A stretch of DNA of 64,000 nucleotides from Acidimicrobiia bacterium (GCA_036396535.1 DASWKR010000058.1:5411-69410); one strand, 5' to 3'. Positions 31,755 to 41,692 are shown, counted from the stretch's first letter. Notes: generated from the letters alone by a model not told the origin. Made by a program: numbers and translations.

Positions 31755-31924
31755 GGGTGACCTCCTCTCTCGATCGACCCGATTCGGCCCACGTCGCCTC
31801 GTGGCCGCGTACCACCGTCGGTGCCATCGCCGGCGACCGCCGCGTCCTGGTTGCCAACGTTTGCAGGCTACCTTGTGGCCGAGACGCGCCGGTGGGCGCC
31901 CGACGGAATATGGAGGATGCCGGC

Positions 31925-32320
31925 ATGTTGAACGACAAGGCGGTGGCGCTGGCGACGGGGCCCAACCTGGGAATGATCTCGACCGTCATGCCGAACGGTC
32001 ACATCCAGACGCAGCCGGTTTGGGTCGACTCGGACGGTGAGCACGTGCTCGTGAACACCGAGATCCACCGCCAGAAGATGAAGAACTTGAAGAAGCATCC
32101 GATGGTGACCGTCACGATCATGGATCACGACAACCACTGGAATTGGGTCGAGGTGCGGGGCAAGCTCGTCGACACGATCACTGGGACCGAGGCTCGCTCC
32201 CACATCGACAAGCTGGCCAAGAAGTACATGGGAGTCGACGACTACCCGAACCCCATCCAGTCGGAGCGAGTGATCCTCGTGATCGAGCCTGATCGGGTCT
32301 TCAGCTTCCCACCCGCCTGA
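31925..32320 (+). CDS. pyridoxamine 5'-phosphate oxidase-family / F420-dependent split-barrel protein
   Basis: MLNDKAVALATGPNLGMISTVMPNGHIQTQPVWV is the typical PPOX-class N-terminus. ATG 31925 has GGAGGA 7 nt upstream. The upstream part of the track ORF was rejected. Confidence 0.7.
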   Translation: MLNDKAVALATGPNLGMISTVMPNGHIQTQPVWVDSDGEHVLVNTEIHRQKMKNLKKHPMVTVTIMDHDNHWNWVEVRGKLVDTITGTEARSHIDKLAKKYMGVDDYPNPIQSERVILVIEPDRVFSFPPA

Positions 32321-32345
32321 TGCGGACAGGAGAGAGGTAGCAGCA

Positions 32346-33311
32346 ATGCCGGCCGTCACCGTCGAGAGCACACTGACACTCCCCCGAGTGGACGAACCAG
32401 GGCTGGAGGCCGTCGAGCGTCCCGTCAAGTCGATCACGACCGCCCCCTCGGGCTTCGAGGGCGAGGGATTCCCCGTCCGCAGGGCGTTCGCAGGCGTCGA
32501 CATGGCAGACCTCGATCCCTTCATCCACCTCGACCAGATGGGCGAGGTGGACTACGCACCCGGTGAGCCGAAGGGGACGCCGTGGCACCCGCACCGTGGG
32601 TTCGAGACCGTCACCTACATGATCGACGGCACCTTCGAGCACCAGGACTCGGAAGGCGGCGGCGGCGTCATCACGAACGGCGACACCCAATGGATGACGG
32701 CAGGCTCCGGCCTGCTCCATATCGAGGCGCCGCCCGAGGCGCTCGTGATGAGCGGAGGGCTGTTTCACGGGTTCCAGTTGTGGGTCAACCTCCCCGCCCG
32801 GGACAAGTTCATCGCCCCCCGCTACCAGGACCTCAGGGGCGCCGAGGTCGTGCTGCTCACCTCGCCGGACGGCGGGGCCCTCGTCCGGCTCATCGCGGGC
32901 GACGTCGCCGGTCATCGCGGACCGGGCGACACCCACACGCCGATCACGATGATCCACGCCACCCTCAATGCCGGCTCGCGGCTGAGGTTGCCGTGGCGGC
33001 CCGAGTTCAACGCCCTGATCTACGTCCTCAACGGCAGTGGAACGTTCGGACCCGACGGCCGACCGGCGGGAACGGGCCAGCTCGTCGCGTTCGGCCCCGG
33101 CGACTCGGTCACGGTGACGGCCAACCGGCGCCAGGAGTCACGGAGCCCCGACATGGACGTCCTCGTGCTCGGCGGCAGGCCGATTGGCGAGCCGGTCGCC
33201 TGGCACGGGCCGTTCGTCATGAACACGAGAGACGAGCTCGTGCAGGCATTCGAGGACTTCAACGCCGGAAGGCTCGGCCGGATCCCTCCCCCGCAGGCCC
33301 GTCGCACGTAG
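32346..33311 (+). CDS. pirin family protein (bicupin)
   Basis: The N-terminal cupin metal site is HPHRGFETVTYM, and the overall length is 321 aa. GAGAGAGG lies upstream. Confidence 0.85.
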   Translation: MPAVTVESTLTLPRVDEPGLEAVERPVKSITTAPSGFEGEGFPVRRAFAGVDMADLDPFIHLDQMGEVDYAPGEPKGTPWHPHRGFETVTYMIDGTFEHQDSEGGGGVITNGDTQWMTAGSGLLHIEAPPEALVMSGGLFHGFQLWVNLPARDKFIAPRYQDLRGAEVVLLTSPDGGALVRLIAGDVAGHRGPGDTHTPITMIHATLNAGSRLRLPWRPEFNALIYVLNGSGTFGPDGRPAGTGQLVAFGPGDSVTVTANRRQESRSPDMDVLVLGGRPIGEPVAWHGPFVMNTRDELVQAFEDFNAGRLGRIPPPQARRT

Positions 33312-33317
33312 GACCCT

Positions 33318-34022
33318 TCAACGCCCCAGCGGCGATCGCTGCCTGCCGTCCTCGTCGAAGCTCCCAGGGTCGAGCCAGGCTTCGAGCGCCTGGCGGCGCG
33401 CCGGCCATTCCGAGTCGATCATCGAGTACCAGGCGGTGTCGCGGTTGCGGCCCTTGTACATCGTCGCCTGGCGGAACGTTCCCTCGTACGTGAAGCCGAG
33501 ACGCGCCGCCGCCGACGCCGACGCCCGGTTCAACGCATCCGCCTTCCACTCGTAGCGGCGATAGCCGAGCTCGTCGAAGACCCGGCGCATCATCAGGTAC
33601 ATCGCCTCGGTCGCCGTCCTGGTGCGCTGCAAGGCCGGGGAATACGAGATGTGGCCGACTTCGATCACCCCGCCGCCCGGGTCGATGCGAAGGTAGGACG
33701 CCAGCCCGAGTGCCCTGCCGGTGGCAGCGTCGACGATCGAGTGGAACAGCGGGTCGTCGCCGGCGGCACACAGTCGCAGCCACTCGTCGAACTGCTCCCG
33801 ATCCTCGAAGGGCCCGTAGGCCATGTACGTCCACATCGCCCCGGTGGCGTCCTCCGAGTACGCCGCGAAGAGATCGTCCCCGTGCCGGCTCGGGTCGAGT
33901 GGATCGACGAGCGTGTACCGGCCGACGATGGGGCGACGCGGCGGCATCTGCCGCCGCGTCCACCCGGCCACCTCCCGGCCGATCGCTTGGCCGAGCTCGT
34001 TGATGCGGTCCTCGTCGGACAT
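33318..34022 (-). CDS. GNAT family N-acetyltransferase (RimJ/RimL-like)
   Basis: The product has a GNAT motif A region (MRRVFDELGYRRYEW...NRASASAAARLGF). The start is uncertain: ATG 34022 versus GTG 34088. Confidence 0.7.
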   Translation of the reverse strand: MSDEDRINELGQAIGREVAGWTRRQMPPRRPIVGRYTLVDPLDPSRHGDDLFAAYSEDATGAMWTYMAYGPFEDREQFDEWLRLCAAGDDPLFHSIVDAATGRALGLASYLRIDPGGGVIEVGHISYSPALQRTRTATEAMYLMMRRVFDELGYRRYEWKADALNRASASAAARLGFTYEGTFRQATMYKGRNRDTAWYSMIDSEWPARRQALEAWLDPGSFDEDGRQRSPLGR

Positions 34023-34168
34023 GGCGGCTGACGGTAGACGTTGCGGCCGGTCGTCTCGCTCTGAGCACGCCGGCTCGGCATCGGCCACGCTCGTCGACGA
34101 GGAGCCTCACCGCAGCTTCGGCCCACGACCTCGTCGGCCAGAGCTGGGAGCTCGATCTGAGCTGACGC

Positions 34169-34471
34169 TCAGCCCGATCCGCCGCCTCCGACCGTCGGGC
34201 ACGACTCGCCCTCAGCGAGTTGGACATCCATCCGACCGTCCTTGGCGACGTGGTGGGTGTGATCGCTCGAACCCTCGCCGTCGAATGCGGCGACGTCGAC
34301 CGTCATCTCGACGTACGGGTTGCCGTCCGACTCGGTGACGTGACAGATCCGGACGGTGTGCTCGCCGTTCTCGTCGGCCGATGTCGCCAATGCTCCCCCG
34401 CCGATGGCGGCGACCAAGAGCCCGGTCCCGAGAACGGCCACGGCGATTCGCCCGGCGCGCGCCTCTCTCAT
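34169..34471 (-). CDS. small secreted hypothetical protein (signal peptide; 2 Cys; His-rich DHTHH)
   Basis: MREARAGRIAVAVLGTGLLVAAIGGGALA is signal-peptide-like. The mature part contains C43, C93 and the HTHH cluster. It is co-directional with the upstream ligBA-like pair. Confidence 0.45.
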   Translation of the reverse strand: MREARAGRIAVAVLGTGLLVAAIGGGALATSADENGEHTVRICHVTESDGNPYVEMTVDVAAFDGEGSSDHTHHVAKDGRMDVQLAEGESCPTVGGGGSG

Positions 34472-34570
34472 GTTGCGTCCCTTTCCGCTCGCGCACGGTC
34501 ACCAACCGCGTTCAACATACCACTATGAGTGGTCGCAGTGAAGAGGGACAGTGAAGGGGGCCTCGACAGG

Positions 34571-34924
34571 TCACGTGGCGAACTCCGGGTAGCCGTGTGG
34601 AGCGACGGCCGCCTTGAACGCCTCGCTCAACTCGCCGACCGGCGTCCCTCCGGGCCCGTGGATCGCCCTGACGAAGTGCCACAACAGATAGGGGTGGGCT
34701 CCGAGGGCGTACAACCGCTCATAGTCCCATGCCTCGAAGGCGTCTCGTTCCTCGCCCGTGAGGGAGCCGCCCAGCGGGTATGGAGGCTCGGGAGCCGAGG
34801 CGGCACCTTCCCACGCCGCGACGAACGCCGCCGGATCCTCGACGAAGGAATCGAGCGCCTCGTCGCTTCGATCGATCTCCCACATCAGCTTGTCGATCAT
34901 GTAGCGGCTCACGTCGAACCCCAC
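34571..34924 (-). CDS. LigA-like small subunit of class III extradiol aromatic-ring-opening dioxygenase
   Basis: LTGEERDAFEAWDYERLYALGAHPYLLWHFVRAI resembles the LigA domain. It overlaps the ligB-like 3' end by 16 nt if it starts at GTG 34924; ATG 34900 is an alternative. Confidence 0.6.
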   Translation of the reverse strand: MGFDVSRYMIDKLMWEIDRSDEALDSFVEDPAAFVAAWEGAASAPEPPYPLGGSLTGEERDAFEAWDYERLYALGAHPYLLWHFVRAIHGPGGTPVGELSEAFKAAVAPHGYPEFAT

Positions 34925-35751
34925 GTCATGAACGGCTCGGGGCCGAACCGGCAGTGCACCGCTTCGGCGAGCTCAGGTGGCCCGGCACCCGCCGCCGCCA
35001 TGAGGGCGATGAAGTTGAGGAACTGGAACGTCAGGTTCCCCGCATCGAGGAGACGCTCGTACGTGCACCCGGCCACCGCGCCGGCGACGTCGCCCGCTCT
35101 GATCCAGCCGAGGGCCTCCTCGTCGAAGTCGGGCCCCGGCGAGCCTCCCGAGAGCTGGCGGGGTCCACCGAGCTCGAAGGCGAGGTGGCCGGTGGCGAGG
35201 ACGGCGACCCGCCGTTCGAGTGACGACCTCTGGATCGTGGTGCGGATGTGCTCGCCGAGGGCTGCGAAACGAGCGGCGCCGGGCAGCGGCGGGGCGTTGC
35301 AGTTCGTGAAGATCGGCACCAACGGCACGTCGAGCTGGGGACGCAGGTACAAGAGCGGGACCATGAAGGCGTGGTCGAGCCACGGCTCGTCGGAGAAGGC
35401 GAAGTCGAAGCCGTCCGGTAGCTGGTGCCGGCCGAGCAGGTCCCTGGCGAGGTCGGGGTCCCCGGGAACCTCCCGGACCGGCAGTCCGAACTCACGTACC
35501 TCGTTCGGGTGGGTACCCCGCATCGACGGGGCCTTCCCGACCATGAAGGCGGGCATGTTGGACGTGACGAGCTGCCTGAAGTGGTCGGAAGCCACGAAGA
35601 CGATGGCATCGGGCTCGGCGGCGGCCAGGCGCCGGCGCGATCGATCGAACGCCGCGGCAACCTCGGCGAGGTCTCCCGGAACCGGGTCGACCATCGTCCT
35701 CCAGAGGAGAGGTGTGTGCGGCGCGCCGAGGGCGCACACGATCTCAGCCAA
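34909..35751 (-). CDS. LigB-family class III extradiol dioxygenase catalytic subunit
   Basis: The N-terminus is (M)AEIVCALGAPHTPLL, and metal-ligand His contexts occur in ASDHF and TGHLAFE. It starts at TTG 35751; GTG at codon 5 is an alternative. Confidence 0.75.
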   Translation of the reverse strand: MAEIVCALGAPHTPLLWRTMVDPVPGDLAEVAAAFDRSRRRLAAAEPDAIVFVASDHFRQLVTSNMPAFMVGKAPSMRGTHPNEVREFGLPVREVPGDPDLARDLLGRHQLPDGFDFAFSDEPWLDHAFMVPLLYLRPQLDVPLVPIFTNCNAPPLPGAARFAALGEHIRTTIQRSSLERRVAVLATGHLAFELGGPRQLSGGSPGPDFDEEALGWIRAGDVAGAVAGCTYERLLDAGNLTFQFLNFIALMAAAGAGPPELAEAVHCRFGPEPFMTWGST

Positions 35752-35935
35752 CGAGCGATCCGAGGTCGGCGATCACGCCACGCATGATCGCATCCTGGTC
35801 TGTGTCGACTCTGCGCGCAGGTGTCGAGCGATCTGGGGCGTGTCCACGGGCCGGGCCCGGCCGGCCCCCCCGGGGTGCCGCCGCCATCCGAGCAGCGCTC
35901 TCGTGCGGATATCGTGACGGCGGAGATTCCATGTC

Positions 35936-36451
35936 GTGGAATCCGCCCGCCGATGCTCTATGGGTCGAGTGACTGGAGTGACCCTGCTGCAGAACGACAC
36001 CCGCAGCGAGACGTTCATCGGTTTCGTCGCCGACGTCGAGCCGCGGCTCCATGCCGCCTTGATCGGCTCGTGGGGTCTCGAAGACGCCCGTGAGGCGACG
36101 GCCGAGGCTCTCGTATATGCGTGGGAGCACTGGGAGCAGCTCGCCAGCATGGACAACCCGGCCGGTTACCTCTACCGGGTGGCGCAAACGAGGGCACGTC
36201 GCCTCTTCGGGCGCAGACAACCCGCCTTCCCGCCGCCACCGTCGGACAGCATGCCGTGGGTCGAGCCGGCGCTCCCGGCGGCGCTCGCCAGCCTCCCCGA
36301 GCGGCAACGGGTCATCGTCCTGCTCGTTCACTCGTTCGGGTGGACCCAGGCCGAGATCAGTGCGGTGACCGGCCTCTCCCACGGCACCGTCCAGAAGCAC
36401 TGCGAGCGGGGACTCGCCAAATTGCGCGCCGCCCTCGGAGGTGAGGCATGA
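35936..36451 (+). CDS. ECF (group IV) RNA polymerase sigma factor
   Basis: Region 2 (ALVYAWEHWEQLASMDNPAGYLYRVAQTRARR) and region 4 (LPERQRVIVLLVHSFGWTQAEISAVTGLSHGTVQKHCERGLAKLR) are present. Its stop overlaps the downstream ATG (ATGA). Confidence 0.75.
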   Translation: MESARRCSMGRVTGVTLLQNDTRSETFIGFVADVEPRLHAALIGSWGLEDAREATAEALVYAWEHWEQLASMDNPAGYLYRVAQTRARRLFGRRQPAFPPPPSDSMPWVEPALPAALASLPERQRVIVLLVHSFGWTQAEISAVTGLSHGTVQKHCERGLAKLRAALGGEA

Positions 36452-37902
36452 CAGTCGACCTCGAACGCCAACTCGACGCCTACGGCGATCACCTCACGAG
36501 CCTCGTCGATCACGTGTCGGCCGACGAGGCACTGGACCGCGCCGAGATCACCAGGACGGACGCTGCCGTGCCGAGTCGGCGCCCCAGGCTGCGCTGGCTG
36601 CGCTGGGCGGTTCCGTCGGGCGCCGTCGTTCTGGTGGCGCTGCTCGCCGCGACGCTCGGATCGATGCCCGTGTCGAACAACTTCGCCCGGATCTCGTCGT
36701 TTCTGGACGGTGCGGACTCAGAGAGCCCGGTGACGACGGCCGCAGCATCCGAGACGACGTCGGCGCCCGGCACGACCGCGGACCCGGGCTCGAGCGGGAG
36801 CCCGGACGGAGTGTTACAGGAGTCGACCGACACGACTGCCCCGCCTCCCGGTGGATCGTCCCCGACCGCCAATCGCTCGATCATCTACACCGCAGACATG
36901 TCTGTCGCCGTGGCCGACGTCCCGACCGCCGTCGCCGAGGCGACGGCCGTCGTCGAGTCCCTCGGCGGCGTCCTGTTCGGCGAGGTGACCAGAGGCGGTC
37001 CCGAGCCGACCAGTGTCCTGACGTTCCGCGTCCTCCCCGAGCGGTTCGAAGCCGCCCTCACCGGCCTCGGCACCATCGGTGAGCTTCGTGAGCAGAACCG
37101 CTCTGCGGATGACGTCACCGACACCGTCGTCGACTTGCAGAGCCGCATCTCGACCGCCGAGGCGAGCGTTCTCCGCCTGCGCGAGCTGATGGGCACCGCG
37201 GGTGACGTCGCCGACATCGCCAAGGTGGAGGAGGAGCTCCTCGACAGGGAAACCGAGCTCGAGCGGCTGCGGGGCCGACTGCGCACCATCGACGCCCAAG
37301 TCTCGATGGCTTCGATCACCGTCACGCTGCGCCGGGCGCTCGTGAACCCGGACGCTCGCCTCGTCGTCACGGCATACCCCGGGCACGACCGGGGCGCATC
37401 GTGTCCCGGCTCCGACACCGTCAGCGTCACGCAGGGAGAAGACGTCACCGTCTGCTTCGAGGTGCGCAACCGGGGTGACGTCGCCATCGATGACATCCGG
37501 GTGAGCGACACGGTGCTCGAGGTGGAGACGGCTGACCTCATCTCCGTCGCCGGCGATCCGGCAAGGCCGCTCCCCCCCGGCCAATCCGTGTTCCTGGCCG
37601 CTGAGATCGAGGTCGATCGGGAGCTGCGAACCCAGTCGAGGATGTCGGCGACGCCGATCGCCGACTCCGGCGACGCGATCGCCGGATCGAGCATCTCTGG
37701 CCAGGCAAGCGCGGTCGTCATGACCGATCAGCCCGAGGTGCAGCCAGGCTTCCGAGCCGGCTTGGGGGCCGGTGGGCGGGCACTGCGGTCCGCCGCCGTG
37801 TTCGCCTCGCTCGTCGCCGGGGCACTCCTTCCTTTCACGTGGGCATTCGTGCTCGTCGGCATCGCCATGGTCTGGCGTCGCCGCAAGGCTCGGCCGATCT
37901 GA
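36448..37902 (+). CDS. membrane anti-sigma-factor-like protein with DUF4349 and CARDB/DUF11-like domains and a C-terminal TM anchor
   Basis: It is translationally coupled to the ECF sigma factor. One TM lies at about residues 52-72. A DUF4349-like block (IIYTADMSVAVADV...LTFRVLPERFEAAL...coiled coil...ITVTL) is followed by a beta-sandwich-like segment. The C-terminus is hydrophobic and ends in RRRKARPI. Confidence 0.75.
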   Translation: MTVDLERQLDAYGDHLTSLVDHVSADEALDRAEITRTDAAVPSRRPRLRWLRWAVPSGAVVLVALLAATLGSMPVSNNFARISSFLDGADSESPVTTAAASETTSAPGTTADPGSSGSPDGVLQESTDTTAPPPGGSSPTANRSIIYTADMSVAVADVPTAVAEATAVVESLGGVLFGEVTRGGPEPTSVLTFRVLPERFEAALTGLGTIGELREQNRSADDVTDTVVDLQSRISTAEASVLRLRELMGTAGDVADIAKVEEELLDRETELERLRGRLRTIDAQVSMASITVTLRRALVNPDARLVVTAYPGHDRGASCPGSDTVSVTQGEDVTVCFEVRNRGDVAIDDIRVSDTVLEVETADLISVAGDPARPLPPGQSVFLAAEIEVDRELRTQSRMSATPIADSGDAIAGSSISGQASAVVMTDQPEVQPGFRAGLGAGGRALRSAAVFASLVAGALLPFTWAFVLVGIAMVWRRRKARPI

Positions 37903-38079
37903 CGAGCCGAAGCGCAGCAATCCCTCCGCGAGGTCGGAGATGGTGGGTACCTGGTACGACCGGCCACCCGTGCGCCACCGCGGCGGCTCGGCAGTTCGAC
38001 AGCACCAAAGCCGCCCACTACCGTTCCGCGATACAGAACAGTTCCGCATCGTGGAACAGACCGACCGAGGACAGCAACC

Positions 38080-39621
38080 GTGACGGCTGACCGTGCATCG
38101 CGGCGATCCGGAGGCAGGGCAGCCAGGCATGCCGCCAGGACCGCCGAGGCCGTCGAGCGGATCCCCTTCCTCACCAGGACGCTCCGGCCGGTCGAGGTGG
38201 TCGGCGACGAGGGGCTCGCCATCATCGAGGACAACGCCGAGACGCTCCTCGAGACGGTCGGGATCGAGGTCGGCAACTACCCCGAGGCTCTCACGATCTA
38301 CGCGGCACACGGCGCCGACGTCGAGGGGACGCGAGTCCGATTCCCGCGCGGGCTGTGCCGGTCGACCATCCAGGCCACGGCCCCCAAGTCGTTCACCCAA
38401 ATCGCCCGCAACCCGGAGAACACGGTGACGATCGGCGACCCCCACCTGGTGTTCGCTCCCGCCTACGGGTCGCCGTTCGTCCGCGACCTCGAGGGCGGCC
38501 GCCGCTACGCCACCATCGAGGACTTCCGGAGCTTCGCCAAGCTGACGCACATGTCGCCCCAGCTCCACCACGGAGGAGGGACGCTCTGCGAGCCCGTCGA
38601 CCTCCCCGTCAACAAGCGGCACTTCGACATGGTGTACGCGCACATCCGGTACCACGACCGGCCGTTCATGGGCTCGGTCACCCATCCGAGCCGTGCCCAG
38701 GACACGATCGACATGGTCAAGATCGTCTTCGGCGACGAATTCGTCGACCAGAACACGGTGCTCCTCAGCCTGGCGAACGCCAACTCCCCGATGTCGTGGG
38801 ACTTCAACATGCTCGGGTCCGCCAAGGTGTACGCCGAGAACAACCAGGCGACCCTGGTGACGCCGTTCATCTTGGCGGGCGCGATGGCGCCGGTGACCGC
38901 GGCCGCGGCCGCCACCCAGACCTTGGCCGAGGCGATGGCCGGTATGGCGTTCTGCCAGATGGTTCGCCCGGGCGCTCCGGTGGTGTTCGGGTCGTTCGCC
39001 TCATCGATGTCGATGCAGTCCGGGGCGCCGACGTTCGGGACCCCCGAGCCCGCCCTGATGCTGTACACGGTGGCGGCGCTCGCCAGACGCCTCGGCGTGC
39101 CATTCCGCAGCGGGGGAAACCTGACCGCATCGAAGGTCCCCGACTACCAGGCGGCCTACGAGTCGGCCGCCACCTTCGTCCCGACGCTCCTGGCAGGCGT
39201 CAACTTCGTGCTCCACACGGCCGGCTGGCTCGAGGGCGGGCTGACGATGGGGTACGAGAAGTTCGTGCTCGACGCCGACCAGGCTGGTGCAGCCGAGCGC
39301 CTCGTGACGGGTGTCGACATCACCGAGAACGGCCAGGCCCTCGACGCCATGCTCCAGTCGGGCCCCGGGCAGCACTTCCTCGGGAATCCGCACACGCTCG
39401 CCAACTTCGAGACCGCCTTCTGGCGTTCCCAACTGGCGGACAACAACAGCTTCGAGCAGTGGGAGCTCGAGGGCTCCCGGGACCCAGTCACGCGGGCGAA
39501 CGCGATCAAGAACCAACTCCTGGCCGACTACGAGATGCCGGCATTCGACGACGCCAAGGACGAAGAGCTCCGTGAGTGGATCGCGGTGCGGAAGGGGTCC
39601 TTCCCGGACTCGGACGTCTGA
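38080..39621 (+). CDS. MttB-family (trimethylamine methyltransferase superfamily) methyltransferase, non-pyrrolysine type
   Basis: The product is 513 aa, starting at GTG with a GAGGA Shine-Dalgarno sequence. The MttB-superfamily TIM-barrel signature region is LDADQAGAAERLVTGVDITENGQALDAMLQSGPGQHFLGNPHTLANFETAFWRSQLADNNSFEQWE. There is no in-frame TAG, so it is a non-Pyl member such as the glycine-betaine- or proline-betaine-specific enzymes. Confidence 0.85.
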   Translation: MTADRASRRSGGRAARHAARTAEAVERIPFLTRTLRPVEVVGDEGLAIIEDNAETLLETVGIEVGNYPEALTIYAAHGADVEGTRVRFPRGLCRSTIQATAPKSFTQIARNPENTVTIGDPHLVFAPAYGSPFVRDLEGGRRYATIEDFRSFAKLTHMSPQLHHGGGTLCEPVDLPVNKRHFDMVYAHIRYHDRPFMGSVTHPSRAQDTIDMVKIVFGDEFVDQNTVLLSLANANSPMSWDFNMLGSAKVYAENNQATLVTPFILAGAMAPVTAAAAATQTLAEAMAGMAFCQMVRPGAPVVFGSFASSMSMQSGAPTFGTPEPALMLYTVAALARRLGVPFRSGGNLTASKVPDYQAAYESAATFVPTLLAGVNFVLHTAGWLEGGLTMGYEKFVLDADQAGAAERLVTGVDITENGQALDAMLQSGPGQHFLGNPHTLANFETAFWRSQLADNNSFEQWELEGSRDPVTRANAIKNQLLADYEMPAFDDAKDEELREWIAVRKGSFPDSDV

Positions 39622-39657
39622 CGAGGCGACTCCCGGCAGCCCGAAGGGATGTGCCCG

Positions 39658-41685
39658 CTACCCGGTCGCCGCCGCATCGGATGCCTCGGCGCGCTGCAGA
39701 GCGCCGAGCTCGGCGACGGGGATGTGGCACCGAAGCTGGTAGCCGGGTTCTGCCTCGACGAGCGGAGGCTCCGTCACGTCGCATGTCCCCGGGATGAACC
39801 GATGGCACCTGGTGTGGAACACACACCCGGACGGCGGGTTCGACGGGCTCGGGATCTCTCCGGTGAGTCTGATCCTCACTCGCGTCTCCCCCTCGACGGA
39901 AGGGGCGGCAGACAGCAGCGCCTCCGTATACGGGTGATGCGGTCCTCCGAACACGCGCTCGCCGGTCCCGACTTCCATGAGCCTGCCGAGGTACATGACG
40001 GCGACCCGATCTGCGAGGTACCGCACGACGCTGAGATCGTGCGAGATGAACAGGTAGGCGACCCCCTCTTCGGCCTGGAGATCGGCGAGCAGGTTGATGA
40101 TCGCCGCCTGCACCGAGACGTCGAGCGCCGACGTCGGCTCGTCACAGACGACGAGCTTCGGCGAGCCGGCGAACGCCCTGGCAACGGCGACGCGTTGCTT
40201 GAGGCCGCCGGAGAGATGCCTCGGCTTGGACGACAGGTGCTGCTCACCCATCCTCACCTCGGTGATCAGCCGCCTGGTTCGCGCCGCGACCTCTTTCCTG
40301 CCCAGGTCGAGGAGCCGCTCCACTGCCCGGCTCACGATCCTGCGGACGCTGTGGCGGCGATTGAGGGCGCTGTCCGGGTCCTGGAACACCATTTGAATCG
40401 CCCTCACCTGCTCGACGGCACGATCCGTGACGCGCTCCCCGAGCGCCTCCCCGCCCAACTCGACGACAGAGCCCTCATCCGGGGAGTGGATGCCGAGGAT
40501 GAGCCTTGCGAGCGTGCTCTTCCCCGAACCGGACTCGCCGACGAGCCCAACCGTCTCGCCCGAACGTATCGACAGATCGACGTCGGCCAAGGCGAACACG
40601 GGATGCCCGTCCTGCTGGAACGTCTTCGAGGCGCCCTTGATCTCGAGCAGGAGAGCCTCGTCCGTCCTTCGGGCCGCCGGGTCGGGGGCGACCGTCCGTG
40701 GCATTCCTTGTGACTGTTCGGGAAAGTGGCACAGCGACTGGCGATCACCTTCGAGGATCTGACGGGGTGGTGGGACGGTATGGCAGATGTCCTGGGCGAT
40801 CCCGCATCGGTCGGCGTAGACGCAGCCGGCGATGTCGGCGCCGAGCGGCGGGAGGAAGCCGGGGATCGTGTCCAGCTTCGCCCGGGCGCGGCTGGTCTGG
40901 CCGGTCGGCAGGCACCGCAGCAGCCCGACCGTGTACGGGTGCATCGGGTTGGTGAACACGTCCTCGGCCTTGCCCTCGGCGACGAGACGCCCGGCGTAGA
41001 GCACGCCGACCCTGTCGCACATCTGCCTGATCACCGCCAGGCTGTGGCTGATGAAGAGCACAGACGTGCCCATCTCCTCGCGTAGCCCCGAGACGAGGTC
41101 GAGCACCTCGGCTTCTACGGTGGCGTCGAGGCCCGTCGTCGGCTCATCCAGGACGAGAAGGTCCGGCTCGGAGGCGATCGCCATGGCGATGACGACCCGC
41201 TGCAGCATCCCGCCCGAGAGTTGGTGCGGGTAGCGGCGCACGACACGCCCCGGATCGGCGATCTTGACCCTCTGGAGAACGTCGATGACTCGGCCGTCGA
41301 TCTCGTCGCCGGGTACCCCCATGAGCTCGAACACGTCTGCGACCTGGCGGCCGACCCTGATCGAAGGGTTCAATGCCGTCGCCGGGTTCTGGTACACCAT
41401 CGATAGGCGGCGGACTCTCAGCTCGCGGAGCTCGCGGCTCGACAGCGTCGTGATGTCGCGCCCATCGAGCTTGATTGCGCCCCCGCTGACACGGCCGTTG
41501 CGAGGCAGGTAGCGCATGATCGCCATGGCGATGGTCGTCTTGCCGCACCCCGACTCACCGACGAGCCCAAACGACTCGCCGCGCGGGATCACGAAGTTGA
41601 CGTCGAGCACGGCCGTCTTCCACCTCGTGCCCATCCGGTAGTCGATCGACAGGTTCTCGACCTCGAGCGCGTGGTCCGTTGCCAT
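39658..41685 (-). CDS. fused duplicated ABC transporter ATP-binding protein (DppD/DppF-like)
   Basis: The 675 aa product has two Walker A sites (GESGCGKTT, GESGSGKST), two LSGG signatures and an oligopeptide-type C-terminal extension. Confidence 0.9.
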   Translation of the reverse strand: MATDHALEVENLSIDYRMGTRWKTAVLDVNFVIPRGESFGLVGESGCGKTTIAMAIMRYLPRNGRVSGGAIKLDGRDITTLSSRELRELRVRRLSMVYQNPATALNPSIRVGRQVADVFELMGVPGDEIDGRVIDVLQRVKIADPGRVVRRYPHQLSGGMLQRVVIAMAIASEPDLLVLDEPTTGLDATVEAEVLDLVSGLREEMGTSVLFISHSLAVIRQMCDRVGVLYAGRLVAEGKAEDVFTNPMHPYTVGLLRCLPTGQTSRARAKLDTIPGFLPPLGADIAGCVYADRCGIAQDICHTVPPPRQILEGDRQSLCHFPEQSQGMPRTVAPDPAARRTDEALLLEIKGASKTFQQDGHPVFALADVDLSIRSGETVGLVGESGSGKSTLARLILGIHSPDEGSVVELGGEALGERVTDRAVEQVRAIQMVFQDPDSALNRRHSVRRIVSRAVERLLDLGRKEVAARTRRLITEVRMGEQHLSSKPRHLSGGLKQRVAVARAFAGSPKLVVCDEPTSALDVSVQAAIINLLADLQAEEGVAYLFISHDLSVVRYLADRVAVMYLGRLMEVGTGERVFGGPHHPYTEALLSAAPSVEGETRVRIRLTGEIPSPSNPPSGCVFHTRCHRFIPGTCDVTEPPLVEAEPGYQLRCHIPVAELGALQRAEASDAAATG

Positions 41686-41692
41686 CTTCCCC

